A stretch of 64,000 nucleotides of DNA from Heterodontus francisci (lineage: Eukaryota): assembly GCF_036365525.1 (NCBI RefSeq), contig NC_090374.1, positions 102,077,682 through 102,141,681 on the forward strand, read 5' to 3'. Each line of letters begins with the position of its first letter. Within the stretch, counting starts at the first letter, position 1. The notes under the pieces are model-generated. The model ran no database searches and was not told where the DNA came from. It worked only from the letters and a program-made list of their open reading frames with translations. The position numbers and the translations under genes were made by a program. This document shows, piece after piece, positions 24,037 through 38,440 of the stretch.

Positions 24037-26075
24037 TGACACTTCCCAGATGCGGACCTATCCTGGGCAATATTAGGAAGTAGAGGACCAGAAATTCAAT
24101 TGCTGAGAGACCTGCAGTTGTAGTTATGGCTTTTCATTGTGAGGCTTTCTCGCTGCCACTCAAACAACAACCAACCTCGTAGATCTGTTAAGGATGTTAA
24201 AAAAAGGCTACTTACCTTTTAGGCTTTCCTGATCTTGCTACCTGTCCCTTTCAGATCCTCTGATCTGAGGGTTGAGGCACAAGGGCTACCAACAAGTTCT
24301 TCTGGGTGCCTCTGAGTTTTAGCACTAGCTGGTGTACTTGCAAAATAATAACACAGAAATCTCTGTCAGGGCCATCTTGCTTCATTAACATAGCTGCGCA
24401 ACATCTGTACTTTCAGCAGGGGATAGCACTCCACCCTACCAGCAGGAAATTCCCAGGAAGATGGTGGAGAACCAGCATCATGCACCTCTACCTCTTATTC
24501 CTCTCCTTTGTGCTTGGGAACTGAGCATTTCCCAAGCACGCAGGCCTATGAAATTGAACTGGTAGGTGGACAGGTGGCTTGCTGGGTCTCCAATAAAACC
24601 CATGTTTGGCATGTCACTAGAAAACACAAAGTACCAATCAGCAGGATGCTGCCTTCTGATCTTTCTAATCTGCAGTGAGATAATATAGGCTGCACACATT
24701 GCTGTCTCTATTGGGGTGGCTCAGATTTGGCATTGAACCTAGTCAAACTTTAAAGCAGTATGCATATGGTTTTAGGTTATCAATTAATAATCCAGAGTTA
24801 CATGACTTGCATCTTTGTTTTTCAATTGGCCTACAGTGGCAGCATTGTACTTTTACAGACGCCAGGCATGTAATCTTGACATTGGATAAAATTTCCTGCA
24901 GATTATAACAAACAAAGAGAAATAAGTACAGCTTCAGATATCACTTATCAAACAGAATACCAGTTTTCATTTTTGAACTTCAAAGAAATGCAAGCTATCC
25001 AGGAGCCAAAGTTCATAGTCACTAAAATCACGCCTTTATTCCTTTGAAGATTCACATCCTCAGCTGTGTGAAGGGAATTTTTTTTTATCAGTTTCTGCCA
25101 ATATCTATCAGCAGCTGATGCTTTGTGCCAAAGAGAATAGACCAAGGCCAAGATGACAGTCCATTTGAAAAAGAGATCTGAAGATAAGCAGTTAGGCTGA
25201 ATGCATCAAAATTGGCTGAGGATTCAGAGTATCCCATCAGGAAATTAATGTTACACTTCAATGCAAGTCAGCTTGATTGCTTGAGAATTCAAACAAATAG
25301 CACAAGGAGTTTCGAATGAAGAAAATGCAGCTACTCTCCCTGCATTTATAGCAGCCTAATTATCGTTATCTGCTAATTATCATATCAGATCTGTTATGTC
25401 TGCAGGGCTTAGTGTGAATTGGAAAAGATCTTCAAAATCACAAGATATCAAGTGAAGCCGCAATGCTAATGCTTTTGGACTGTGCTGATTCAAGGCGAGC
25501 TCATGCACTTCACTGACTGATTCATTTTTTTTCTATACAGCAGTAGCACTCTGCTCCATCAGCCAGCCATTCAATTTTCTAGCTGACAAATATTCAGGAT
25601 GAATTTATTCCTGCTTACCAAGCAATAGTGAATAAACATTTCATGCATACAGAAGTGTGTACGATGCTTCGGTGCTGAAAAGTGCTGCTTTATGTAGCCT
25701 TTTATGAGAATGACCTTTGGATGACAGATTTGCACAGTGTGTTGATTGCTGAAAATCAATCCCCCCAACCCCCACACACAGTTGCCAAACAGACCCATGA
25801 TTAGAGTTGCTGCTTTACCATTAGAGGCATTTTAGTTGTCCTGATTGGATACAGCGTCAACCACTGTAACAATAAGCGTTTTGGAGCTTTAAAAAGTTAA
25901 TGCAATACACCTGAGCTCCAAGTTTTTTTTTTGGAGCACCTGGATGAGATTAACGCAATGAAGCAAAGCATCACAATTTCCAGGGCACAGGGGAAATATC
26001 ACCCATGGAAGATCTCAAGTACAGATAATATAGCATGAAGCAGCGCAAGTCTCTTTCTCCCCCCCACCCCCACAG

Positions 26076-26099
26076 TACAGCCCCAGTGGAAACCTGAGG
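26076..26099 (+). other. Candidate 24-nt microexon of an unidentified host gene
   Basis: Pyrimidine tract + CACAG acceptor, 24 nt, then AGG|GCAAGT (GC donor); lies in a TE-poor island. No homology recognised. Confidence 0.25.
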
Positions 26100-26607
26100 G
26101 CAAGTGGGCTAGTGCAAAAACTATACATGGAAAAGACTTGTTTTTTTATGTTCTTTTTCACTCTACTGGGTTGTGCTTTTCACTTGCTGTTCTGCCAAAT
26201 ACCATTTTTTTTCTTGCTTTCTCCTTATTGCCTCTTATTTTATCTCTTTGATGATAATGTTTCTTGCCCAATCGTCTCAATAGCACAATAATTACTGAAT
26301 GCAGGTTAAGGGGAAGACTTCAAAACATCAATTTATATTAATGATATTGGCCATGTGGATGAATGGCCCTGTGTGCTTGGATTCTCATAGAATTGTATCA
26401 TCTATTTTGAAATTAAACTTGACAAATGCCAAAATACGGAGAATAGTTTAAGATTATTTTCTTCCTTGTATGTAGGCAGAGACACAGTTTTGCAGCAAAA
26501 TCTCCATGACAGTTTCATTTTTCTCCTACAAGTTTACAACAAATAATTATTAATTTTCATTTCATTTTTATGTGGCTTAATATAAGCAAGCAAATAATGA
26601 CAGGAAA

Positions 26608-26708
26608 TAGCTTGTATTTATATAGTGCCTTTCACAACCTCAGGATGTCCCAAAGCACTTCACAGCCAATTAAGTATTTTAGAAGTGCAGTTACTGTTGT
26701 AATGTAGG
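26608..26708 (-). mobile_element. DeuSINE/L2 3' tail fragment
   Basis: TTTATATAGTGCCTTTCACAACCTCAGGATGTCCCAAAGCACTTCACAGCCAAT. Confidence 0.7.
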
Positions 26709-27831
26709 ATGGAGGATGCTATAATATGCCATGAAAAATAACATCAAGGGTTTTCACCTCATCTGTTCAAAAAATATGATTTTTTACAGCCCTGGATATG
26801 AAATATATTTATAGTGGAGGGGATCCCACATTTTGAAAGTCTTCCTTCAAGTGAGTAGTAATAAAAAATCATGATGCTGTCGACATTCATATTAAAACCA
26901 AAGTAGAACCAAGAATCCCAACAATCCTTTCTGGTACACAATACAAAATGTGTATTAAACTGTGCTTTCAAATATTGGTTCCACTAAGCTACAAAACACT
27001 AGTTTGGCAATGAACTCGAAAAAATATGGCATTCTTTGAATAAGCAATTAAGTCCTTGTGTCAACAATTTTTAATATAGTGGCCAAATAGCTTGATGGGG
27101 ATGGGTGGCGATGTTTGAAATTAAAATATTACTTTATAGTTCTAGGATATGCTTCAGAATTTGACTTATTCTGTGAGATTTGCTATTCATCTGAGTGGTA
27201 TAGATTTAAATAATTTCTTGTCATTTAGAAACAAATATTTGGAGTGGAAATTGCATTTCATGTGGCCTTGCTTAAGGTTTCAAAATGTCTATTTAGAACT
27301 GAATGAGTCTTAGTATAATATATATGAATTCCTTCCCTGTATGACTGTAGAACTATGAAGTTACCATTTATAACAATAAGCTGCTGAGCTGTGTCTGTCA
27401 TGAGTTTCTTTGTGTTATCTTAAGCAACACATTGAGGTATGTGGATTCCAGTTCCTTGAAAATCTCTAGTAGGTTTATTAACAGCTAAACTGGTACAATA
27501 CAATATAGAGCAAGCTATATACAGAACTTTTGTCCAGGCTGTTACAGTGCAGAGTGACGAAAGCTTCTAGTCAAATGACTACATCCTGGTACTTAGCTCA
27601 TTAGCATATTGAGTTCTTAAAGGGATCATACGACATTGAAGCATTTTTCATTAGGAAAACAGGAAGAATGCTGAACTTTGATGTGGGAGTATGCTGAACA
27701 GTCCAGGTCTTGTAGAAATGGTTCTTGCCCTCCCCCTGGATTACTCTTTGTACTGCTGTCTGAATGTTAATAATAGCATCTGGCTCTTAACCATGGAGCT
27801 TCAGTCTTTGACAAGTTCACCTCCTTTTTTA

Positions 27832-28809
27832 TATGATTGCTGCTTTAACATCTCACACTGAAGAGTGCCTGCAGAGTCTCATCGACAGGTTTGCGGCTGC
27901 CTGCAATGAATTTGGCCTAACCATCAGCCTCAAGAAAACGAACATCATGGGGCAGGACGTCAGAAATGCTCCATCCATTAATATTGGCAACCACGCTCTG
28001 GAAGTGGTTCAAGAATTCACCTACCTAGGCTCAACTATCACCAGTAACCTGTCTCTAGATGCAGAAATCAACAAGCGCATGTCCAGACTGGCCAAGAGAG
28101 TGTGGGAAAATGGTGCACTGACAGGGAACACAAAAGTCCAAGTGTATCAAGCCTGTATCCTCAGTACCTTGCTCTATGGCAGCGAGACCTGGACAACGTA
28201 TGTCAGCCAAGAGCGACGTCTCAATTCATTCCATCTTCGCTGCCTCCGGAGAATCCTTGGCATCAAGGTGGCAGGACCGTATCTCCAACACAGAAGTCCT
28301 CGAGGCGGCCAACATCCCCAGCTTATACACACTACTGAGTCAGCGGCGCTTGAGATGGCTTGGCCATGTGAGCCGCATGGAAGATGGCAGGATCCCCAAA
28401 GACACATTGTACAGCGAGCTCGCCACTGGTATCAGACCCACCGGCCGTCCATGTCTCCGCTTTAAAGACGTCTGCAAACGCGACATGAAGTCCTGTGACA
28501 TTGATCACAAGTCGTGGGAGTCAGTTGCCAGCGTTCGCCAGAGCTGGCGGGCAGCCATAAAGGTGGGGCTAAAGTGTGGCGAGTTGAAGAGACTTAGCAG
28601 TTGGCAGGAAAAAAGACAGAGGCGCAAGGGAAGAGCCAACTGTGTAACAGCCCCGACAAACAACTTTTTCTGCAGCACCTGTGGAAGAGCCTGTCACTCT
28701 AGAATTGGCCTTTATAGGCACTCCAGGTGCTGCTCCACACACCACTGACCACCTCCAGGCGCTTACCCATTGTCTCTCGAGATAAGGAGGCCAAAGAAGA
28801 AGAGAAGAC
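27832..28809 (+). mobile_element. 5'-truncated RTE-clade LINE
   Basis: FGLTISLKKT, FTYLGS, LLYGSETWT, RLRWLGHVSRMEDGRIPK, C-terminal CSTCGRACHSRIGLYRH zinc finger, (GAA)n-like tail. Confidence 0.92.
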
Positions 28810-28994
28810 TGATCTTTGGAAAATTACACTTCAAGTTCCTTTTTCTCACAATCTTGATCATCAATTTTTTCTCTTTTATTTTCCTGTCTAGACTTTGTAA
28901 AGTGTTGAAAACGGAACATTGCAAATGGAAGTGATGAACCCTTTGAAGCAGCCTGTTTGTATAATAGAATCAGGAGGCATAATAGAAAGTTGAA

Positions 28995-31860
28995 AGGAAG
29001 TGCACTGCATTTACTTTAATGCAAGAAGCCTTACAGGTAAGGCAGATGAACTCAGAGCATGGGATTGTGATATTATAGCTATTATGGAAACGTGATTGAG
29101 GGATGGGCAGGCATGGCAGCTCAATGTTCCGGGGTACGATCTTTCTGGCGTGACAGAGGTGGAGGTAAGAGAGGAGGGGGAGTTGCACTATTGATCAGGG
29201 AGGACGTCACAGCAGTACTGAGAGAGGATATCCCGGGGGGAATGTCCAGCGAGGCCATATGGGTAGAACTTAGAAATAAGAAAGGGGATGGGATCCATCA
29301 CTTTGATGGGATTATACTATAGGCCCCCCAATAGTCAGAGGGAAGTGCAGGAGTATATATGTAGGGAAATCACAGATAGGTGTAGGAATTATAGGGTTGT
29401 AATAGTAGGTGATTTTAACTTCCCTAATATTGACTGGGACTGCCTTAGTGCTAAGGAATCGGATGGGGAAGAATTTGTTAAGTGTGTCCAGGATAGTTTT
29501 CTGAAGCAGTATGTGGATGGCCCTACTAGAGAAGGGCCATCTTCTCGACCTCCTCTTAGGAATTGAGGATGGGAAGGTGGTTGATGTGTCAGTGGGAGAG
29601 CACTTTGGGACCAGTGACCATAACTCTATTAGCTTCAAGATAGTTATGGAAAAGAATAGGACTGTTCCTCGGGTTGAAGTCTTAAATTGGGGGAAGGCTA
29701 ATTTCGATGGCATCAGACAGGAACTCTCAAAAGTTGAATGGGAGAGGCTGTTGACAGGTAAAGGGACGCCTGGCAAGTGGGAAGCTTTTAAAAGTGAGAT
29801 AGGAAGAGTTCAGGGCCGGCATGTTCCTGTTAGATGGAAGGGCAAGGCTGGCAAGTTTAAGGAACCTTGATTGACGAGGGATATTGAGGGTCTGGTCAGG
29901 ACAAAGAAGGAAGCATATGTCAGGCATAGGCAGCTGGGATCGAGCGAGTCCCTCGAGGAGTATAGGGGATGTAGGACTACACTTAAGAAGGAAATTAGGA
30001 GGGCGAAAAGGGGCCATGAGATTTCTCTGGCAGATAAGATAAAGGAGAATCCTAAAAGATTCTATAAGTATATTAAGAGTAAAAGGGTAGCTAGGGAGAG
30101 AGTAGGTCTCCTTAAGGATCAGTGAGGCAATCTATTTGTGGAGCCACGGGAAATGGGCGAGGTCTTAAATGAAAATTTCTCATCTGTATTTACCGTGGAG
30201 AAAGTCATGGAAGCTAGTGAGTTCAAGGGAAGGAACACCGATATCCTGGAGCATATCAACATTACAAAGGAGGAGGTGTTGGAGGTTTTGAAGCGCATTA
30301 AGGTGGATAAATCCCCAGGGCCTGACCTGGTGTATCCTAGCATGCTATGGGAAGCAAGGAAGAAGATTGCTGGGGCCCTGGCAGAGATTTTAGTATCATC
30401 ATTAGCCACGGGTGAGGTACTGGAAGACTGAAGGACAGCTAATGTTGTGCCTTTATTTAAGAAGGGCAGCAGGGATAAACCAGGGAACTACAGGCCGGTG
30501 AGCCTTACATCAGTGGTGGGAAAGTTATTGGAAGGGATTCTGAGAGACAGGATTTATATGCATCTGTAAAGGCATGGTCTGGTTAGGGATAGTCAACATG
30601 GCTTTGTGCGTGGGAAATCATGTCTCATGAATTTGATTGAGTTTTTCGAGGAGGTGACCAAGAGGATTGACGAGGGCAGAGCGATGGACGTTGTCTACAT
30701 GGACTTTAGCAAGGCCTTTGACAAGGTCCCGCATGGTAGGCTGGTCCAGAGGTTCGAACACATGTGATCCAGGGTGAGTTAGCAAATTGGATACAAAATT
30801 GGCTTGGTGATAGGAGACAGAGGGTGGTAATGGAGGGTTGTTTTTCAGATTGGAGGCCGGTGACCAGTGCTGTGCCGCAGGGATCGGTGCTGGGCCCTCT
30901 GTTGTTTGTTATATATATTAATGACTTGGATGTGAATGTAAGGGGCATGATTAGTAAGTTTGCAGAGGACACCAAAATTGGTGGTATAGTGGACAGTGAA
31001 GAAGGTTGTCTAAGGTTGTAACAGGATATAGATCAACTGGGAAAGTGGGCAAGGGAGTGGCAAATGGAATTTAACACAGACAAATGTGAAGTGATGCATT
31101 TTGGGAAGTTAAACCAGGGCAGGACATATACAGTGAATGGCAGGGCCCTGGGGAGCGTTGTTGAGCAGAGAGACCTTGGGGTGCAAGTATATAGTTCCCT
31201 GAAAGTGGCAACACAGGTAGACAGGGTGGTGAAGAAGACGTATGGCATGCTTGCCTTCATCGGCCGAGGCATTGAGTACAAGAGTTGGGACGTCATGTTA
31301 CAGTTGTACATAACGTTGGTTAGGCCGCATTTGGAGTACTGTGTGCAGTTTTGGTCGCCGCTCTACAGGAAAAATGTGATTAAGCTAGAGAGGGTGCAGA
31401 AAAGATTCACAAGGATGTTGCCTGGTTTGGAGGGCTTGAGTTATAAAGAGAGATTGGATAGGCTGGGTCTGTCTTCCCTGGAGCGAAGAAGGCTGAGAGG
31501 GGACATGATAGAGGTATATAAAATTATGAGAGGTATAGATAGGGTAGATAGCCAGAGTCTGTTTCCCGTGGTAGGGGTGACTAAAACTAGAGGGCATAGA
31601 TTTAAGGTGAGAGGGAGGAGGTTTAAAGGGATCAAAGGGGTAAATTTTTCACACAAAGCATAGCAGGTATCTGGAATGAGCTGCCTGAGGAGGTGGTGGA
31701 GGCAGGAACAGTAGTGACATTTAAGAGGCATCTGGACAGGTACTTGAATGAGCAAGGCATAGAGGGATATGGAATTAATGCAGGCAGGTGGGATTAGTAT
31801 AGATAGGCATTCTGGTCGGCATGGGCCTGTTTCTATGCTGTACGACTCTATGACTCTATG
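28995..31860 (+). mobile_element. CR1 LINE, almost complete but disrupted ORF2
   Basis: [47 protein letters not shown]; (GACTCTAT)n tail. Confidence 0.92.
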
Positions 31861-32364
31861 CACAAAAACAATCGTGTGTCTGGAACCTAAGCAATTTATT
31901 CTAACTGGTGGTAAACCTGACTCATGCAAGTCCTCTTCTGTGAGTCCATCTGCCTGATTTGTGCAGCTGCACTCTCAGTCCTTTATCATCAGATCAAAAC
32001 ATTTCAGATACTTTGAATTTTTTATCCTGAAGATTTCTACCATTCCTTTGACACTCTAAATGAACATTAGGTGCTGTGAATTCTTTCATTGTTTCAGATT
32101 GTCCTTGAGTTTGTAGAATATGGCTGTCGCTTCATTTTTGCTGGTTTTGTATTGGGCACAGTTGTGTGAAAAGTTGTTTTTTTTTGGAAGGTGCATTCGG
32201 TTAATTTGGACACAGATAGTTAAAGTTCAACAGTCTGACTGAAGACAAGTAATTTATGGCATGTATTAGAAGCTTGGAGGAAGAATCCCTTTGGCAGCAA
32301 AGATTATTTGCCCCTGCCCACCTACACAGCCCCCTCAGACCACATTGGATAAAGTGAGCATGAT

Positions 32365-32775
32365 TAGCTTTGGCTCACTGGTAGTACTCTTGCCTTTGAG
32401 TTAGAAAATTGTGGGTTCGAGACCCACTTGAGAAACTTCAGTACAAAATCCAGGCTCACATTCCAGCCTGGTACTGTCTTTCAGAGCAGACCTTAAACTA
32501 AGGCCTTGTCTGCCCTTGCAAGTAGATACAAAAGATACATTGGTGCTATTTCAAAAAAGAGCAGGGGAGTTCTCCCCAGTGTTCTGGCCAATGTTTATCC
32601 CTCAAACAACATCACTAGAACAGATTATGTGACCATTATATAGCTGTTTGTGAGAGTTGGCTGCTGTGTTTCCTATATTAAACAGTCACTGCACTTAAAA
32701 AAAAGTAATTCATTGGCTGTAAACACTTTGGGATGTCCTGTGGTTGTGAAAGGCACTCTATAAATGCCTGTTTCT
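32365..32775 (+). mobile_element. DeuSINE (SacSINE1-like) with tRNA head
   Basis: A box TGGCTCACTGGT, B box GGTTCGAGAC, Deu-like body, L2-type tail. Confidence 0.8.
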
Positions 32776-35215
32776 TTCTTTTTTATAGCATCAGAAGACC
32801 ATAGAACTAGCAAATTGGGGTCACAAAACGACACAAAATATAGTTTAAAATGGTAAAACAAAGAAAACAGAAATCACCAACTGACATTCACTGCCTTCCA
32901 GTACTCAGTGTGAAACAGGTGTGGCAGATTTGATTTGCCATAGCTAAATACAAAATACACCTACTGAATTCGTGAGGAAAAACATAATGCATCATTGTAC
33001 ATTTGGGGTGCAAATGTTCTTGAAGAGACAGGCAATCTAATCAAAGCGTTGCTAAAATTCAAATTTTTTGCACGTATATCTAAACTAACACAGATTTTGC
33101 TCATATCCTTTTGTTCACATTTTTGCAGAGCTTATCCAGAACAAGGCCATTAAATCAAATCAGCAGCACCTAACTGCAGTACCACATTATAAAGCTGCAC
33201 TTTATCTTTCTAATGACCTACTAGTCAATTTTGAAGCAATTTTACTCAGCACTTGGCTTGTTCCCATTTCTATTGGCTGATTCCAGAGAACCAATCAGCT
33301 GGAGAAGACTGAGTGGCAGTATGAAGAAGAAATTCATTTTCATCTCATTTAATCCGACAAGTTATAAGTTAGTGAAGAGGTGTGGAAAAAAAGAAAAGAA
33401 TATTGAAGCAGAAGCAAAGATAGTTTGGCTTAGTTATAAATTATATTACCTACCTGCAAATGCTCAGAATAACATGGCAATTTTAATACAGCATGTGATT
33501 CCAAATTAGTTAAAACTATTCAGATAATTTATGTATTTATTATCTTCTCAGGCTGTCATTTAAAAAATGAAATAATAAAAACATGGGTGATTGTATAATA
33601 CCGAGAGTATTATTGGATTTCCTATACACTGCATTTTAAGGCTCATTGCTAATGCTGAGTAACATAGTTTGATCCAAGGGGAAATTAGAATTACATCTGA
33701 GATCACAGCACAGATGGCTGCTTTGGTTTTATTTCAAAATTTTCAATCATGATAAAAGGAGATTTCAAAACAGATGCAGGAATGAACAACAATACTTAAC
33801 ATTTCTTAATCTGAAGATTTTACAGACACAGATAAAAGAAAGGCAGATTTGCAGCATGCGTTAGATGTCAGACCTAACATTTTTACTTTCAAATAAACCT
33901 GCCTTGAAAGCATTCATGGTTCCATTTTATCATGTATCAGCATCTTTATGGGGTTCCTGCCAACTAGTCAACAGGAAGCTGCGCTTTAACAGCTTGGCAA
34001 CCACTTCATCTGTTTTTACCTTCATTTGTTTTTCGAAAAATGTATGCAAAGTAAGTGGTTGCCTGAAACTATAATAATATATTAGTAGTCATTTTCTACC
34101 AAATTAAAATCCTGCCATTCAAATTACCTTCAGGCTCAGCAGGAGCTGTAGAATTGTGATTTGATTAGAATGGGTCAGTGAAAGCTGAATTAGTGCACAA
34201 TTTAACCAAATGAGTTTCATTTTCAGATCCTACAGGAGCTGCATAGACCAGATGCAATGCTTTTAGCTGCTTCCATTATTTGTTAATTAACACAAAGGCT
34301 ACACATCCGTTATTGCCTCATGTCACTGATGAATTAAAGCTGCTGAAAACTTGTTATTGGATTCAATTCCATCTTCCAGAATGAAGGTGCTCATCATTCA
34401 GCCAGGGCAATGCTACAACTTGTCTCAGTGCCACTCAGTCAAGGAGGAGGGAAAATTAGCCAGAGTTTCTGCTCCTGATCACTATCCGCTGACTCCTCTT
34501 AGAACTATGCATGTCTGGATGCTGGATGAAGAGAGAATCCGATTCACCCAAGATAGCACACAGTCAGATGCCTTGCCCATATATACTATCTAGACTCACA
34601 GGTGAAGCGTAGGCCCCTTGAGTGACATTCCAGAAGGTGATGGTTCTTGTGCTGCTGTGCCTCAACAAGGAATCAGTTCCTTTGTAAGAGAAGGGAAGAA
34701 AAATATAGCAAAATTATGAAACTTCTCACCATAAGTTGCATTATCAGGCATCATAAACTATCCAGTATAAGAAACCATGCCAAAATGAGCAATGGGGAAT
34801 AAGTTTTCAATTAACATATCAGCTCTGTACAAATTTGTAACCAACGGGAAATTAAACCATGTGCTTGTAAAAAACGATGTGGCGTAAATTGTACTCTGCT
34901 TTCAAGTGGAAGATGGGCATCACGGACTCTCAAGTGCTTGAATTCGTACAGGATCTGACCAATTTTTATTAAAATAATATCGGATAGCTGCCTGTGTTGA
35001 ATGAGCACTGTCAGGCAGCTTGTTGATTGTGGGGGGCACAGGTGGGTGAAGTAGCAGAAATCCAGCAGCTTCTCCATGCAGCCAAACTGGAATTGGGACC
35101 TTAAGTGGGGGTGGGGAGAGGCTATTCTGGGGTGGAGCATAGAGGGATTGGGAGCATGTGGCGCCTTCTAGTGCTAGAGAAATTAGTGCAGTAACATGCT
35201 TTTCCATCTTTGCAG

Positions 35216-35332
35216 AGAGGCTTGCAGTGGTCCCTTTAAGGATCACAGGTCAGGCTGCTCTATACCAAACGGGCACAGCTTGCAGGCTCATTCCTTGGCT
35301 AGAGGACGGAGAGGTGGGGGAATCACTTACTG
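35216..35332 (+). other. Candidate 117-nt cassette exon of an unidentified host gene
   Basis: Acceptor CTTTTCCATCTTTGCAG, donor CTG|GTAAGT, length divisible by 3, two open frames; non-repetitive context. Confidence 0.4.
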
Positions 35333-35679
35333 GTAAGTACGCATGTGTATTATGGGACTGAGGGAAGGATTTGGCTCACTTTTGATACTCCGCTATTATA
35401 TAGAAAATTAGAAAAGTGGACTGCTCATCTGCAGAGCTGGATCTAACCACTGCCACAGGAAACCACAACAATTTTTGTTATAAATTCTTCACCTGTGCAC
35501 CTCCAGAGGTGAACAATACTCCCTAGATTCCTAATTATAATGATATGGAGAATTGATCTCGTAAGCCAATTACCTCACTGTTACTGAGACACTGATAAAA
35601 GGAAAATAACTAGTTTTGTCAATTCTTTAAAAAAATTATGCAAACCAAAACATGCTTTAAAAGGGTACATTTTCTAACC

Positions 35680-36030
35680 TGAGCACAAACTCTATGCTGA
35701 GACTCCAGTGCAGTACTGACTGAGTGTTGCACTGTTGGAGGTGCTGTCTTTCAGATGAAATGTTAAAACAAAGACCCATCTGCTGTCTCAGGGGGGTTAT
35801 AAAAGATCCCGTAGCACGATTTTGAAGAGAGTGGAATTTTCCCCAGTGTCTTGGCCAATGTTTTTCTCCCAAACAATATTACAGATTATCCATCTTACTG
35901 TTTGTGGGACCTTGCTGCATGTAAATTGGGTGCTGCATATCCTACAACAGTGACTGCATGCCAAAAGTGCTCCCTTACCTGTAAAGTGCTTTGGGACGTC
36001 CCAAGGTCAAATGCAAGTTTGTTTTTTCTT
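35680..36030 (+). mobile_element. DeuSINE (SacSINE1-like), 5'-truncated
   Basis: GCACTGTTGGAGGTGCTGTCTTTCAGATGA...GTAAAGTGCTTTGGGACGTCC. Confidence 0.8.
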
Positions 36031-36639
36031 TTCTTTCCCTCCAGCTGCAGCTCTGTTTGTCCATTCACCCTGATCCTCCTGCTTTTCCATGGTGTTTTTT
36101 CCATGCTTTGGCAAAAAAAAAGCACTTCCTCTTTAAGTTGCAGCATACTAAATATTGAGCTGACTATGACGAGTGCATTTCCACAAACATGCAACAATAT
36201 AACCAAGAACTGGGACAGGTTCCCCGTCAACTCTTGCAGGTGATTTTGCTCTCTAACTAACCCCCCCCCACCGCCCCACCCCACCCCACCATCACTGCAT
36301 CCCAATGGGAGATGAAAATCGATCAACAAGTGGGCTCTTCCTGACTTCACAGCTAGGTGCCTGCTCTGCTCATTGTAACTAAATTTTACAGAGGAGTACT
36401 TCACCAGGCATTAGACCCTAAATTAACATGTGCTAGGGGCCTAAATACTTGTTTTAGGTAGCTACTTAGGATGCCTAAAAACTGGGCCCAATGAACACGT
36501 ATGCAGATTGGGCGAGGGCCTTTCCACTGCTAAATTTGTCAGTGCTGCACCCAAAATACTGATGCAATGCAAACCAATTACTAGCTAATACTCTTTTGCT
36601 TATTTCAATTATTTAATCTGCTTGAGATAGAACTGGAGT

Positions 36640-37622
36640 TAAAGTTCTGAAGTTAAAGTTCTAAATTGGGGTAAGCCCAATTTTATTAATATGAGAAGTG
36701 ATTTAGCAAAAGTGTACTGGAAACAAGCTACTTGAAGGTAAATCAGTTTCTGAGCAGTTGGAGGCATTCAAAGGGTAGATTCAGGGGTTTCAGAGGAAAC
36801 ATGTTTCCACAAAGAGAAAGGGTGAGATGCCAAATCTAGAGGCCTCTGGATGTCAAGGAGCTTATCTGATAAGGCAGAAAAGGAAAGCTTATGTCAGACA
36901 CCGAGAATGTAATACTACAGAAAGCTGAGAGCAGTATAGAAAGTGGAGGGGTGAACTCAAAAAGGAAATTAAGAAAGCAAAGAGAGGGCATGAAAGAATA
37001 TTGGCAAGCAAAATCAAGGTGAACCCAAAGATATTTTATCAATAAATTAAGAGTAAGAGAATAACCAAGGAAAGAGTAGGGCCCATAAAAGATCAAAAAG
37101 GTAACCTATGTGTGGAGGCGGAAGAAGCAGGTATGGTTTTGAATAAATACTTTGCGTCTGCCTTCTCAAAAGTAGGGGATGATGTAGACATTGCAGTTAA
37201 TAAGGAGGAGTATTGGATGTGATAAACATAGGGAGAGAGGAAGTATTAAGGGGATTAACATCCTTGAAAGTTGATAAATCACCAGGGATGGATGAAATGT
37301 ACGCCAGGCTGTTAAAAGAAGCAAGAAGGGAAATAGTGGAAGGTCTGACAATCATTTTCCAATTCTCACTGGATACAGGTGTGGTGCCGGAGGATTGGAG
37401 GTCTGCGAACATTGTACCTTTGTTTAAAAAGGGAGCAAGGGATAGACCAAATTAGCAGTCAGTCTAACCTCGGAAGTGGGCAAATTATTGGAATCAATTC
37501 TGAGTGACAGAATAAACCGTCACTTAGAAAGGCACAGATTAATCAAGGCTAGTTAGTATGGATTTGTTAAGGGAAGGTTGTGTCTGACTAACTTGATTGA
37601 ATTTTTTGAGGAAGTAACAAGG
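36640..37622 (+). mobile_element. Old CR1, upstream segment (continues at 42407)
   Basis: VKVLNWGK, LKVDKSPG, VPEDWRSANIVPLFKKG, CLTNLIEFFEEVT. Confidence 0.85.
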
Positions 37623-38440
37623 TTGAAGTGATTTATGACTTTAACCCCTTGTAGGGACTAAACCAAATCAGAAGTACATCCCTATGAATGAATCAAGTTC
37701 AAACCAGACAAATTCTCACTTATTTGGGTCCAAAGAATTGTACTAGCTTTCCCTCAAAGAAAGAAAACGAACAGAGAATTTTACCATCTTTCGGATAGCC
37801 TATTTCTAATATTGTTATGGCTAAATCATGAATATCCCAGATATTATAAGGGTCTGGGAGACTCTCTTCAATACATATCTCTCCACTTAAAGAGACACAG
37901 AGAGGGGGTTCTTGTAGTTGTATACAGAATACTACATGAGATGATTTATTAACTTTTATATATTTATTCAAGAATTTAACATGCAATAAACTTCTTAAGT
38001 GGATAAGTATATCACAATATCAAATATTACTGAGCGATGTAACACATATTCTTATTTCTAACATAGAATCCAAAAGTTTAACCTTGATAATGTTACAGCA
38101 AAATTATCTTAGAATATCCAGAATATCCATCACAATTTAAAGTAAACTTGCACTGTAAATCCCCGAATAAGGCATGGGATGAGAAGTGTTGTTGAGGATT
38201 CAACACCCCGAAGTCTTTTCTTCGGAACCTTGTACTTTTATGCTTTTTCTAAGGTGTCAAATGACTTTTGCATTAAATGTTCCTGTGCTCTTTTTAAAAT
38301 CTATATCTTTAATGTTTTACTGGAATTTGAAGTTATGAGCTTTTATCTGGTCAAAATGTTTATAATTGTGTTTATTTGACCTCTCTTGTTCCTGTGAGTA
38401 CATTCCATTTATTGTTAATTACCGTCTTTCCATTGCACCT

